Source: Octopus vulgaris (taxonomy: Eukaryota). Taken from it: a DNA stretch of 64,000 bases. Every line of letters starts with the position of its first letter. Position 1 is the first letter of the stretch. A program made the position numbers and the translations under genes. Where the stretch lies: NCBI GenBank assembly GCA_951406725.2, contig OX597829.1, positions 8,866,001-8,930,000 on the forward strand, read 5' to 3'. The notes beneath the pieces were generated by a model that searched no databases, was not told the DNA's origin, and saw only the letters and a list, made by a program, of their open reading frames with translations. Below are positions 11,378 to 24,789 of the stretch, piece by piece.

Positions 11378-13679
11378 CTTTTTATTGTAGCCACACAGGG
11401 CTAAACACAGAATAAAAATGGACGAAATACAATGTAGAATTTTTTCTTTTTTCTTTGCAAAAAAAAAAGCGTTTGATCAATAGGGATCTGTGGGTTGTGT
11501 GGTGTATAAAAAAACAATATATATATATAAAGTTCACAGTTTAGGTGTAGCCTTGGAAAGAAAAACCTACAAAAAAGACCAAGGTCACCGCAGACAGTTC
11601 GAAAATGAACACATGAGTAAGTCACCTTACCTCTCGTTGTCTCTTTTGGTCACAGATTTACGCTTAAAATAGAGTCGTCTTCCATACTGACCATTTTTGC
11701 CACTTTTACCCACTTTTTATTAAAACATTCGTTCGACAAAGCCTTCCTCTCTATTCTAATCCTCCTTTTCAAGTGGTACTTGAAAACGTTGACGAGAGAC
11801 TGACCAGAGAGGAAGGTGTTTGTTTGCAGTCCTTTCAAACGCGTCCACCACACACCTTCTTTCGCCATAGCCATCAGCGTAACGAAAACCGTTTTCCCTT
11901 CCCGTTTAAAGGAAGGTGGTGGAACAATATTCACGATAGACTCGGCCGATAAGCGGGCCCGTCCTACACGCGACAACAGCTGTTCGACGAAGGTCCACAG
12001 CTCTGAAATATCTGGACACTGCACGAGTTCGTGCAGAACGGTTTCGTCGCTCTGACCGCATCTCGGGCAGGTCGGTCCGGTGATGGTTTTCGAACCGTGC
12101 CTGTAGCTCTTCTCTCGAACGGGTAGTGCGTCTCGATAGCACTGCCAAGCCAGGGATTTCTGGAAGTTATCCATAGGCCCCGGCCCGAACGTCCTCCTGA
12201 ACAGGCGGGTTAGGAATTTCTCGTCGACGCCCCATGTTTGCCCCGAGTGTGTCGTCGGACCTCCCCTCCACTAGTCCTCTATAGAACGCTTTAGTCGTTT
12301 GTAAGTTGCACAAGATTGACCCCGGTCGGCAGAGCTGCTGTAGAGCTTGGCGACACTCTCGGTACCAATTGCCCAGTTTCGGTCTCTTCTTGATCCACGT
12401 TTGCAGTTCGGTCAGTGAGACGAGCTGCGGGAAGGCGCGCCTCACAAACGGCGCCCACACCTGTTCACCGTCATCGATGAAGTTCCAGAGATGTCGCAGT
12501 CTCAGCGCATGCCTGCGCATCATCAACCATGGCATGCCCAGTCCTCCATTCAACGGATGTTGACAGCAAATGGACTTCCTCACCATCGGAACGCCACTCT
12601 TCCACAGGAAGCGGAAGAGTATGCGCTTCAGTTTGGTGATGGTGGCGTCGGGACAAGGCACGACGGTCAGGCAGTAATCGATGACGGATGCGATGTACGC
12701 GTTCGCCACCTCCGCCCGACATTTTAGAGACAGCTTTCTCTCGAACCATGTTTGGCTGAGAGCGACCACTCTACTCGTGATCTCGTCCCAGTTCTTATCC
12801 ATTTGGAGGTCCGGACTGAACCAGACCCCGAGCAATTTAACCGGTCCGTCCGTCCAGCGTCCCACTACTGAGCCGCAGTCGGACGGCATGGGCTTGCTTC
12901 TCCAGGTGCCGAGCAGCAAACCCACTGACTTTTCCGGGTTAATCTTCGCTCCCGTCACCGTCTCGTATTTTCTTAATGTCTCGCCTATCATCTGGATGTG
13001 TTTGTCGCTCGACACTATGACGGTGACATCGTCCGCATATGCCGACACGCTCGTCCCGCAACCCAGTTCCCATGGGATACCCCTCAGTGTCGCCAGCTTC
13101 CGCAGTAGCGGCTCGAGAGTCAATACATACAGAAGCACCGACAGGGGACACCCCTGACGGACCGAACGCGTGATGTCAAACGGTTTTGACAGGTGACCGT
13201 TCACCCTAATCAAGGTAGCGATCCAACCGCGGAAGACGGGACCGAAGCCAGCCACCCTGAGGACGGCCGCCAAGTACCGATGGTCGACCCTATCGAAGGC
13301 TTTAGACTGATCCAAATTTATCAGCGCCCCACCCATGCCAGGATCCTTAACTACCCTGTCCACAATGTAGCGCATCAGATGGAGGTTGTCATGTATGGCT
13401 CTGCTCGGCACGGCGCATGTTTGCGCCCTGTCGACCAGTTTACCAATGACAAGCGCCAACCTCTCGGCTATTACTTTGGCCAAAATTTTCAAATCTGCGT
13501 TGAGCAGAGTGATGGGCCTGAAATTATCTATAAAATTCCCCTTGTTTGGGTCTTTCTTCAGCAACGTCACTGCACCTCATCTCACGAAACCGGGGATTCT
13601 CCCGTTTTGTTGCCAGTTGTAGTAGACTGATGCCAAGGGTAAAGCATCTGATCCAGGCGACTTATCCCTTGCGCATCCC
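11377..13679 (-). mobile_element. 5'-truncated L1/Tx1 LINE (copy 3, a diverged subfamily)
   Basis: Same 3' terminal motif (AGCCACACAGGGCT on +) and homologous ORF2; both ends in GATA arrays. Confidence 0.93.
11650..13570 (-). pseudogene. ORF2 RT domain (467-aa open piece 12167-13570) plus frameshifted C-terminus (11650-12174)
   Basis: NFRPITLLNADLKILAK, LDQSKAFDRVDH, SVRQGCPLS, AYADDVT, LLGVWF, CPRCGQSDETVLHELVQC. Confidence 0.92.
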
Positions 13680-13763
<84 letters not shown>

Positions 13764-13773
13764 CAGATTGATA
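13680..13773 (+). repeat. (GATA)n array at the 5' truncation of copy 3
   Basis: Direct reading. Confidence 0.97.
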
Positions 13774-14189
13774 GAGAAATGGAAGCTAGTGGAGCCACAC
13801 TATTCCAAATGGTATAAATTTGTAAACTCCACTTTATGAATGGATTGTGCTTTTTCATTCGTTGTAAACAGTCTTTAAACAATCATATAAATACGTCGAG
13901 AGAAGGGTCTCTGTGTTTATGCTTGTGTGTGTCTGGTGGGGTGCAGTCACTTACGTGTTGTTAAGCAGTTCCTTTCACAACAACTATGTCCTGAGCCGAG
14001 CGATACTTTGTGAGCCTACTGACCTCGTAAAGAGATATCAAAGAATTTACGTTTATATACGTTCAAATTTCAGTAGGTGTATACTAATTTAGAAGAGTAT
14101 CTAGAAGAAATAAGAAATCAATACAGGAGGTTATCTATTCTAAGTACCCCTCTGAGTACATCACATACACCATTGATAACTGCATGGTA

Positions 14190-14520
14190 TGTAAGATTAA
14201 TCCTGGCATTCACTGTAGAACCAGAAATGTAGTCTACAGCATTAGGTGCATAGAGGGTGTTTGTAAAGACAAGAACATGATATACAAAGGTGAGGTATCT
14301 AGAAGCATTGCAGAGAGATTAAATGGCATTTGATACAATATGACGACAAAAATAGTTCTCCATACACTACCAACATGCCAAAGACCAGCATGCAGGTACA
14401 TTGATTGGGTCAACTTGACGTCTGCACTTTATACAATCACCCGAAGGACCCAACACTCAGGCAAATACAGGAGTACATCCTCATATATCAAACATCCCCT
14501 GTACTAAATAGGAAATATAC
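14190..14520 (+). mobile_element. Penelope-like GIY-YIG endonuclease remnant
   Basis: Translates HCRTRNVVYSIRC...YKGEVSRSIAERLN across a frameshift, matching the VVYxIxC...YxGExxRxxxER pattern. Confidence 0.6.
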
Positions 14521-14876
14521 GTAGAAGGTCATGCCCCAGTACCCACAGTTTATGTATACACAGGTAGTGTTGTTAACAGGGTGTTATGTAGACGTATATA
14601 TATTTATATATGCATCTATTTTTCTTTTCTTTTCTTTTTTTGTATATATATATATATATATTGATAAAATGGTAAGACAACAAAAGAATGAAAGAGACCA
14701 GAGACCTCGATATTATGTAAATAGAGGAATTTATCTGTAAATGTAGTATGTGACAATTATTCGGTAGCCAAGATAAAACTCTGAGTTTCGGATGCCAAAG
14801 TGAAAATCCGGACATCGGAATATATATATAAGATTTTATAGTTTGCTTGAAGTATTGTATATGGAATATAATATTG

Positions 14877-15062
14877 AAAGATTTAAAAGGCCAAACAATG
14901 CAAATAGATAAATAGATTTTAAGATGAGGTAGCGTAAACTAAAAGTAAGTTATCTGGTAATCTTTGGATACATATACGACCAAAGATTCCCGGGTAATTT
15001 ACTTTTAGTTTACGTTACCTCATCTTAAAATCTATTTGCATTGTTTGGCCTTTTAAATCTTT
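14877..15062. repeat. About 186-bp fold-back palindrome
   Basis: AAAGATTTAAAAGGCCAAACAATGCAAATAGA at the left end and its reverse complement TCTATTTGCATTGTTTGGCCTTTTAAATCTTT at the right end; about 10-nt loop near 14970. Confidence 0.9.
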
Positions 15063-15352
15063 GAACGTTATGCATGTCTTCAGGTTGCTAGTCCTAGCTA
15101 GTGGGGGTGCTTGCCTCCCCTTTGCAAATTTAAGGACACAGGAAATGTGTCAAAGCCGACAGGAAGTGTCGATGCTTCCTAGGGCTATATAGTGGTGGTG
15201 TGATTCCCTCTACGGGACTGTCATGTTATGTTGACATTATACAACCACTCTATATAATAATAATTTGAGGGAATATTATTCCTAACTTACAGGGAAAAAT
15301 TCAATTTAGAAATACTAAATCAAATTTCACAAAATATATATATATATATATA

Positions 15353-15662
15353 AATTAGAAAAAAACACCTTTTATCAATTCAAAATGAACAATTAACTTA
15401 CATCATCTAGAAAAAAACATATAATAGAAATATTAAATATAAAATAACAATAATATACCGATGATTAAGTAATGTACAAAATAATAAATAAAACGTATAT
15501 ATTTGTTACTCTACCGAATATATACGTTTTATTTATTATTTTGCAATTTACCTAATCATCGGTATATTATTGTTATTTTATATTTAATATTTCTATTATA
15601 TATAATTTTGTAGGTGGTGTAAGTTAATTATTCATTTTGAATTGATAAAAGGTGTTTTCTTC

Positions 15663-15667
<5 letters not shown>
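15353..15667. mobile_element. About 315-bp fold-back (MITE-like) element inserted in (TA)n
   Basis: Arms AATTAGAA...CACCTTTTATCAATTCAAAATGAA and TTCATTTTGAATTGATAAAAGGTG...TTCTAATT pair almost to the centre (about 15508). Related ends at about 30755 and 32030-32068. Confidence 0.8.
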
Positions 15668-15722
<55 letters not shown>

Positions 15723-15724
<2 letters not shown>

Positions 15725-16143
15725 CGCAGGAGTGGCTGTGTGGTAAGTAGCTTGCTAACCAACCACATGGTTCCGTGTTCAGTCCCACTGCGTGGCATCT
15801 TGGGCAAGTGTCTTCTGCTATAGCCCCGGGCCGACCAATGCCTCGTGAGGGGATTTGGTAGACGGAAACTGAAAGAAGCCTGTCGTATATATGTATATAT
15901 ATATATGTGTATGTGTGTGTGTTTGTGTGTCTGTGTTTGTTCCCCTAGCATTGCTTGACAACCGATGCTGGTGTGTTTACGTCCCCGTTACTTAGCGGTT
16001 CGGCAAAAAGAGACCGATAGAATAAGTACTGGGCTTACAAAGAGAATAATTCCCGGGGTCGAGTTGCTCGACTAAAGGCGGTGCTCCAGCATGGCCGCAG
16101 TCAAATGACTGAAACAAGTAAATGAGTAAATGAGTAAAGAGTA
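15723..16143 (+). mobile_element. tRNA-derived SINE family A, full length
   Basis: Head GGCGCAGGAGTGGCTGTGTGGTAAG...GTTCAGTCCC, central TA/TG microsatellite, tail GGCGGTGCTCCAGCATGGCCGCAGTCAAATGACTGAAAC plus short repeats. Near-identical copies at 24375 and 39316. Confidence 0.9.
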
Positions 16144-16144
16144 T

Positions 16145-17380
16145 ATGTTGGGACATCCCATAAATAATGCGGTTTACTCAATTGCATGAACTAAAAGTTT
16201 GATGGAGATGCGAAAAAAAACTATCTGCATTAACTTGCTTTAAAAGCAGGTAGTAATTTTACCTTGTACTTATTCTTAGTGCAAGTTTTGAAGAGTGCAG
16301 TTCGATTTTAACAGTTATTTTTTCAAAGCTATAATGGAAGTGACAAAGGAGCATATTTGGTATATTTTACTTTATGAGTTCAATAAAGGCAACAATGCAA
16401 TGGAAAGTATGAGGAATATTAATGCAGTATATGGGGATCGGACAATAAGCGGGAGCCAGTGTCAACGGTGGTTCCAGATATTCCGAGCCAGAAACTACAG
16501 TTTAGAAGACGAGCCTCGTCTCGGAAGATCCTTAGAGGCTCCCATGTGGAACAAAATCCCATCATAACTGTTGAGGAACTACCAGAGAAGCTTGGATTTG
16601 GTCATTCAACCATTCATCAACACCTGCGTGCCATTGGAAAAGTCAGTAAATTGGGTCAATGGGTTCCTCACAAACTTTCCGAGTGTAACCGCGCGAAGAG
16701 AATGAATGTATGCTCTCTATTGCTGTCACGTCTCCCGAAGGTCCCTTTTTTGGACCGAACAATGACTAGTGACAAGAAAAGGATAGCGCCAAAGACAGTG
16801 AGTAGGGAAAGGAGAAACACCGGCACCCATTGGCTAAAGGTCTTCACCCACGTAAGGTGTTATCTGTTTGGTAGGATATGAAAGATGTATTTCACTTTGA
16901 ACTTTTAACCCAAACCAAACGATAACAAAGGAGATCTACTGTGAGCAGCTTGAGCAGCTTAAGTCAGTGCTAGAAGAAAAACAACCATCTTTGGCTTCAA
17001 GATGAAGGGTGTTTGTCCATCAGGATAATGCTCGGCCACATATACAGAAGATGACATATTTCAAAGGCTGGAACAGTTTGAATGGGAAACGATTTTCATT
17101 TTCCCACAATATTCACCGGACATTACCCCATCTGGTTATCATTTATTCCGCAGCCTTCAAAATCATTTGGATGGAAAAAATATAAAGTCTGTAGATGAGG
17201 TCAGAAGCGTACTAGAGGAGCATTTTTCATCACGGACAAGGGAATTTTGGAGGAGAGATCTTGCTAGTCTACCGGACAGATGTAAAAGCATTGTAGAAAA
17301 TGAAGGAGAGTATATTTTAGATTAAAAAAGAACTTTATTCATCTTAATTTTGAAAAATATGACATGTATAAAAAAAAACA
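16145..17380 (+). mobile_element. Mariner (Tc1/mariner) DNA transposon, decayed; right TIR not recognisable
   Basis: Left end TGTTGGGACATCCCATAAATAATGCGG follows TA; transposase motifs listed in the next feature. Confidence 0.85.
16334..17325 (+). pseudogene. Mariner transposase pseudogene
   Basis: MEVTKEHIWYILLYEF...DEPRLGR...WVPHKL...TSD...HQDNARPH...YSPDITPSGYHLF...EGEYILD*, with frameshifts and stops. Confidence 0.9.
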
Positions 17381-17610
17381 CATACGTGAATATGGATAAA
17401 ATTTCTTTATTTGTGTATCAAGGCAACCATTGATTTCATGTTAAAAAAATATCTTACTATCATAACAATTTTTGAAGCCGATCACATGGAGGAGTGGAGT
17501 TCGTCTCTATTCCGGATGAAAATATGCGCGCGCGTGCGCATATACATACATATCGTCAAAGTGTCATATATCCGAAAAAGACGCACACTCTAAAGCATAG
17601 ATCAGTCATG

Positions 17611-17897
17611 TATTTATATGCAGCTAAGTCTATTTCCGGTCATAGAGTGACCAATGGTTTCACATCCATAAAGGGCCTGGCCCCATGGACGGTTCGTCGC
17701 TCTAAAGCCGAAGACAAATATATCTCTTCAACTTTAGGAGGCAGGAGACCGCAACGGAGTTTGCCTCAAAGCGTTGAAGAGTTATAGTTGTCTTCAGCTT
17801 TAGAGTGTGACAAGTCGTTCACGGGGCTTGGCCCTTTATGGATGCGAAACCATTGGTCAGTCTATGACCGGACATTGGACTTAAATGCATATAAATA
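17611..17897. repeat. About 287-bp imperfect fold-back element
   Basis: CCGGTCATAGAGTGACCAATGGTTTCACATCCATAAAGGGCC pairs with GGCCCTTTATGGATGCGAAACCATTGGTCAGTCTATGACCGG; pairing continues to a small loop near 17750. Confidence 0.88.
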
Positions 17898-18949
17898 TAT
17901 ACATAAATATATACATATATGTGTGTGTCCGTGAGTGTGTGCGTCTATCTGCGCGTGTGTATGAATGGATGGAGGGATGGACAGTTGGATCAATATGCGT
18001 ACACACACATACACACTTGCATGTATGTATGTGCATACATACTTACAAATAGGTATGCGTAATCTAATTTAGTTGGTGGTGTTGCATTGAAATGAAATTT
18101 GTCTTTAATCGTAGAAAGAAAACTAAGAACTCGCATTCATTATCAGCGACAGCCAAAGGAAGCAGGAGGTAATTTGAAGATACTAAGAAACAATTAACTT
18201 AAAGTAGAATTCGGTGAACGGAAACCATTCGGAAGCCCATTACGCACGCATGCATACGCACAACACGCACGCACATACATGTATGTATGAATGCATACAC
18301 ACATGCACGCGAGCTTTTGTGCGTATGTATATGTTTGTTATCGTGTGTATATGTTTTTGAGTGCGTGTTTGTTTGTGTGTGTATGTTAAAATAATGTACG
18401 GTGAAAATAGTAACACAGAAGACAAAGAGAAAACAACGTGTATACGTTTAAGCTCAGTGTAGAATCAAGAAAGTAGAAGCGACTTAAAGTTTCCGATTTT
18501 TTCCTGACATTTAGTTACACGGTAAAAGTTTTGAAAAAGACTGAACAAACCGGAGTGACGAAAAACATGTGCTATTCTGTATCTAGTCATGTTTAAAATG
18601 GTGAAGTTTAAGGGACCAGAAGTGACCCAGAAAGAATGGAAAATTAACAGGGGAGGTAATTACATGTAGATTATATGTTTATGTGTGTTGTAGCATGTGT
18701 ACACAGCTGCGAACTCAATGTATATGTGGTGTTATGCATATGTGCATACCTCTGTGTGCATGTATGGGCTGTTTGTCTTTTGAATTCATAATTACTTTCA
18801 TCATGATCAACAAACAAATTGGTATTGTAAAGTGCCATTCACATGCTTATAGCGATCCTCGATTGCGAGGAACTTCTACTGATGGAAGTCCTTCGCGAAA
18901 GAGGATAGTTTCTGCTAAACATATGCGAGTGCAAAGTTGGAGCGTAGTG

Positions 18950-20660
18950 CGGCGGTGGCAAAATTATTGTAGAGCAAAATGGCTGTCATTGTAAGGGATG
19001 TGATTCATAGTGACTGAAGGCCGAGTGGAGGAGGAGAAAGAGGAGTGGCAGATGGGGAATCTTGTTTGCTGTCTAAGCTAAGTGAATGAAGAAATGTGAT
19101 CGATATTAGTTGATGTGAGTTCAGTTGGATAATTGCAAACTGAGATGACGGAGCAGTCATGTTTGTTTGAGTTGTGTATTTTGAAAAAGAGTTATAGATA
19201 ATGATCTAAAGTTAGTGGAAATTGAGAAGGGGGAGGTGAGCTGATGAAGAGCGGAGGCTCCGAGTTTCTGATACTTAGGGGAAGTTGATTTTAAGGTCCG
19301 ACAGAATTCGGTGTCTTTCTTGGACAAGTCAGTGCACCAAATTACTATGATTCCACACACGCCCTCGATTTTCAGTATGTCACCTCACAAGTGAAGACTA
19401 CGGAGTGGAGACGGGTTAGCCCGGGTGATGTTACGTCTTTGTTGTTGGAAACCCAGATCCTCGAAGAAGTCCTCGTTGTTAATTATTTTATCTGAACTAT
19501 GATAGATGTAGAGTTTAGCCCGATGCAGGATGCGTTCAATCTAGGTCTATGACCGAAGCTATTTGCTGGAGGAGGTAAGTGGTGTGAATTGGAGAATCCT
19601 ACCAAAGAAATAACTTTCAACTTTAGAGAGGTGCAGGTTAGTGGGTATACAGAAGAGGTAAGTAGAAGAGGTGTGTGTAATGTGTAGCCGACGACTGGTT
19701 TTGATTACGTTTTGAAGAAGTGTACGCGAGAAAGCAGGGTCAGTGTGATGGTTCTGTTAGCTCCGGCTAATGTGTGTATGTGGTAGGATTTGGCGTGTTG
19801 ATCCGCAGAGCAGTGAAGGACAGGAGTATGGTGCAAGCGTAACAGATGTAAGAGGGATACATACAGTGGCATTGTGAAGAATGGGTGGTAAAGGGGCGAG
19901 ATGAGTTAGTTGTTTTAAATGTTAATAAAAATGTCAATGAGCAAGAAGTTGAGCTGATGAATTAAAGGGCTGACAACACGGGTGAGGAGAGGAAGAGGTA
20001 ATTTGTGGAGAGGAAAATACAGATTTGTAATATTGGCAGTGGAATGTATTTGTTTAGCAGAAGGTGGAGCCGATGGTAGCCCGCATCACAAGGCGAGATG
20101 ATTTGCAAAATATGGATTCTGTAGTGTAAGTGAACGGAAATGTGGGATGGAAGGGAAGACAGAAGCCATGTGGAATGAGATGATGGTGGAGTCAACGGCT
20201 GAGAAAACCTGCAAGACTAGAGTGACGTGTATGTCAATGGAGAGATATGAGACATTGACTGAGACGGCAGTGAAGGTCATAGAGGTGCAACTTAACAACA
20301 GAGATACTGGTGAAATGAGAAGAAGAGTTTTTTAAAGATTTAAAAAGAAATTCTTTAGGATGGGAATAAATTGGAGCAATGAAAACGAAGAGCAAAATAT
20401 CTAGTATATTCCGAGGGTTCCAAGAAGGAAGGTAGTGCTAACAGAAGATTGCTAAGAGAGATGGCATAACTCAATGGATAGAAGAGAAACAATTGACTAA
20501 TATGTGAATGAGTAGATTTAAGTTAAAAATTAGCAATAAAAGGGAGAACACAAAAGACGGTAAGGATATATATAAATAATAGTTTAACTCTCAATAAAAG
20601 GTTATGAAAGTGGTTGTGTCTTTAGCATTTTGAGTTTCGGTCTTTCTTCAGGCAATTGTA
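18950..20660 (-). mobile_element. Probable decayed Penelope-like retroelement (N-terminal/RT-proximal region)
   Basis: C/A-rich minus strand with GIIVIWCTDL (resembles the PLE AVVVW..DLY motif) and a CTGAAGA...GAAAC motif at about 20630-20655. Confidence 0.45.
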
Positions 20661-20926
20661 TAGATAGGAGGAAGAAGTGTAGAACAAAAGAATACAGGGA
20701 AATGACAAAATGTACACTTTGTTCTTTTTGTGCTGAAAATAGCGCCAACGTGACCTAGAAGGAAGGCATATTCATTCGTACATCACCAAAGGGCTTATAG
20801 TGGTGTCTGAATTATAGGTGTCTAGTTTTACTCAGTGAGTCGTACACCTAATATATTTTTGATAGTATACACGCGAGTATAGATATGGCATGAACATATA
20901 AAATATATAAATGTAACGGGGTCGAG

Positions 20927-20957
<31 letters not shown>

Positions 20958-22804
20958 TGTGTGCGTGTGTGTGTCTGTGTGTGTGTGTGTGTATGTGTGT
21001 GTGTGTGTGATTATGTGTACGTGTACCAATGCATATAAGTATAGGTTTGAAACAGAAAATAGCTTCAAGATTTTGAGTCAGTCTAGCATGATGAAAAGCA
21101 CAAACCATGCCTGCCAATCTTTTATATCAGTTATTCTGAACCTTCTAGAACGTCAAATGATCAAATAAAGTCCTAGATGTTGACTTGTTTTAATCTCTAT
21201 CTTACGGTGTGTGTATCAGTATTACAAAGCTGAGACTGATTTTTAAGATAGCATTTAGAATTATTTTATATCTAGTAATTTTTGTATATTTATTTAGCAA
21301 TTAGAAGGTCAACGTTGATCAGAACTACGTTCAAATGTGTTCTAGATACGGCCGTCGCATTTTTTCTCTTTTCGTTTCTGTATGCATGACGTGCCGAAAC
21401 TCATCTTACGCCTCCTTTTTTTAAAGACAATAGATTATGATTAGAGAGAGATTTGGTAACTCTAATAGCTTGACCGACTGTTTAAAGTGTCAATAGTTTT
21501 TGTGGCTGATCTTTAACATTAAGTCAGCCTTCCTTCAGTTAATTAAGGCTTTCAAACTGAAAACACCGCGTCTTATTTTTGTTTCATCTAATGTGCTTGC
21601 ACTGTCACTGCTATTTTTAGCAAAACGTGCGACCACAGAGAGTAGTCCTTTCAATATTGCGTTATCTTTCAAGAATTTTGTTTTAAGCAAAAGAGGAAAA
21701 CGTACTCCAAGTGTAAATAGAATAATGGAGAAGTTTGACAAAAATTAAAACAAATTCTCTACCATTCAGTGAAAGAGGAAACCTGTCTTTAATCTTTTTA
21801 TCTGCTAGAAATATCAGTCAAAACTCACAGAAATGTTACCACAATGTTTTAAGAAACATTGGATAATTAGACCAGGAATGTTGATGTACTCAAAGTCTTT
21901 AAGTTAAAGAGTTTACGTTTCGTGTGATGTAAATAAACACATGTGTGTATTAATACATACAAAAACATGTGAAAGAAAGAAATTAAAAGAGAGGAATAAA
22001 AAAAGGGAAGTGTAAGGTGCTGACACATGCGCCGGCAGACAAAGAATGACGGGCTAACAGACAGACAGACAGAAAGAAAGAAAGGAAGACAGAAAGAAAG
22101 AAAGACAAAAAGAAAGAAAAATAGATTGATAGGTATTTCTTCATGGTGCACTATCATCACTTCCTCTTACTCTTTCAATAATACTCGCATAAATACAATC
22201 ATGCTCACACAAATAGACACTGAAAACCCATTGAATATTAAAATAATAAGCAAACGTTAACATTGGTGAGACTCGGAATGAAACAGATGATAATGAAAAT
22301 GTCAGCTATATTCAGTCATATAGAGAATTGCACATATAGGCATTCAAGCAAACGCACAGAAACGCTCGCCCGCGCGCCTTGAATAGATCGCTTCGGCCGT
22401 AAAGTTACATAACAGTAGGCCTACAATGGCTATGCAGTTATTAATTCGTCTTTTAACGTATCACTTGAGACGTATTATACTTTCAATGAAAGTTTTGTAC
22501 TTTGAGTCGTTTAATCAATATGTAAGCAAACATAAATATGATATCTTTGAGTTCTAAAATGTTATTTTTAATCTTGAGGGGTGTGGTTGTTTTTCATGTA
22601 TTTCTTTTTCTATTTTTTTCACTTTTTAGAATCTTTTATGTTTTTCTAGAAAGTGAAAAAAAAAACATGAAGAAAAATAGGCTCTTTTTTATATAAAATA
22701 AAATGAAACGATATCATATGGCAAAAATGCTTCAACTTTAAAAGTAAAATGTTCTACTTTAAGTAAAAATGAACCTGAATGCTGTTGTGCATACACACAA
22801 ATAT

Positions 22805-22836
22805 ATTATTATTATTTATTATTTTTATTATTATTA

Positions 22837-22882
<46 letters not shown>

Positions 22883-22912
22883 CATCATCATTATTATTAT
22901 TATTATTATTAT
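22805..22912 (+). repeat. (ATT)n microsatellite
   Basis: Direct reading. Confidence 0.95.
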
Positions 22913-23193
22913 CATTTTGCAACAGGCGTTATATTCATTGTACACGTTAATACAGATCCTATGCGAGACCTATCACTTCGTGCTACGCTGTTTTGCACAG
23001 AAATTGAATAATCCCCAACTTATGCTTAAGAACAAGCTTCACACATTTTCCCCCTGGTCGCCTGAAGACCGAGGACTAACATTCCAGCGATCCATTCATA
23101 AACATTTAGTTTTGAATGTATACTATTCGCCTCTACCTCAGAATGTCAAGCAATTCTTTCTGCATAATTCTATATCCAACATCTCCATTATCT

Positions 23194-23388
23194 ACATACA
23201 TACACACATACATACCTACACACATGCATACATACAAACATACATACATACATACAAACATACATACATACATACATACATACATACATACATACATACA
23301 TACATACATACCTACACACATGCATGCATGCATGCATACATACATACATACATACATACATACATACATACATACATACATACATACA

Positions 23389-23422
<34 letters not shown>

Positions 23423-23962
23423 CCGGGGCCCTGGGATATGTAACACACTGCTTGCATAACAATCTGGAGAAATTAGGCTTCTCAAAACCAGAAAAGAGAA
23501 AGCTAATTCGACTATAGATCCAGTCCATCACTGGAACTGTAAAAATCTGTAAAACTTTCCAGAAGTTTTTCATTTAAATATACATGATCATGTCTAGATA
23601 TGTAGCTATATGCATGAGAATACATACATAAATCAAAACATACGAATCTGGACACACACATACATACATACATACGTACGCACGTACATACATACAAATA
23701 TACATACATACCTACAAATATTCATACATACATACAGATATACATACATACATAGAAATATACATACATACATACAAATATACATACATACATACAAATA
23801 TACATACATACATACATACATACGTACATACATACATACATACATGCATACAAATATACATACATAGAAATATACATACAAATATATATACATATATACA
23901 TACATACATAAAAATATACATACATACAAATATACATACATACAAACATACATACATACATG
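23194..23962 (+). repeat. Two (CATA)n arrays (about 23194-23420 and 23655-23962)
   Basis: Direct reading. Confidence 0.93.
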
Positions 23963-24374
23963 ACATAAATTTCATATTTTAAGGAAACAGACACTCCCAT
24001 CATCAGGATGGTCCACAACACGAAAGACACAATGAACACAACTTACATCATTACATCGTATATTAGTATGTCCTTTTAATGTTTTATAGTTTCAAAATTT
24101 CCACGAGACTCCGTGTTGTAACTTGTAAATTTTTTTATTCCTTTGTATTTTATCGTGTGAATTAATAATTCACCATGTCTTACACCATATTGATGTTTTC
24201 TATTTTGCCTGCGTACTTATTTATATTTATAATTATTTTAAATATTTCAAAATACATACCAGTTTTTAAACATCTTGCATGCTTGTGTTGTAACTTGTAA
24301 TATATTATTCCTTTATATCATATCGTGTGAATTTATAATTCATTATACCTTTAATATTATATCTATTTATGTAT

Positions 24375-24789
24375 CTCTTTCTCTTTCTCTTTTCTCTTTT
24401 ACTTGTTTCAGTCATTTGACTGCGGCCATGCTGGAGCACCGCCTTTAATCGAGCAACTCGACCCCGGGACTTATTCTTTGTAATCCCAGTACTTATTCTA
24501 TCGGTCTCTTTTTGTGCCGAACCGCTAAGTGACAGGGACGTAAACACACCAGCATCGGTTGTCAAGCGATGCTCGGGGGACAAACACAGACACACAAACA
24601 CACACATACACATATATACATATATACGACAGGCTTCTTTCAGTTTCCGTCTACCAAATCCACTCACAAGGCATTGGTCGGCCCGGGGCTATAGCAGAAG
24701 ACACTTGCCCAAGATGCCACGCAGTGGGACTGAACCCGGAACCATGTGGTTGGTTAGCAAGCTACTTACCACACAGCCACTCCTGCGCC
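24375..24789 (-). mobile_element. SINE family A, full length
   Basis: Reverse complement of 15723-16143. Confidence 0.92.

Noticed and set aside
21440-21830. Recurrent GAGATTTGGCTGCTATTTCTAGCA-like motif (also about 1965, 28235, 37533) and short ORFs 21500-21748
   Set aside because: Probably old MITE remnants, too degenerate to delimit; the ORFs have no recognisable motifs.
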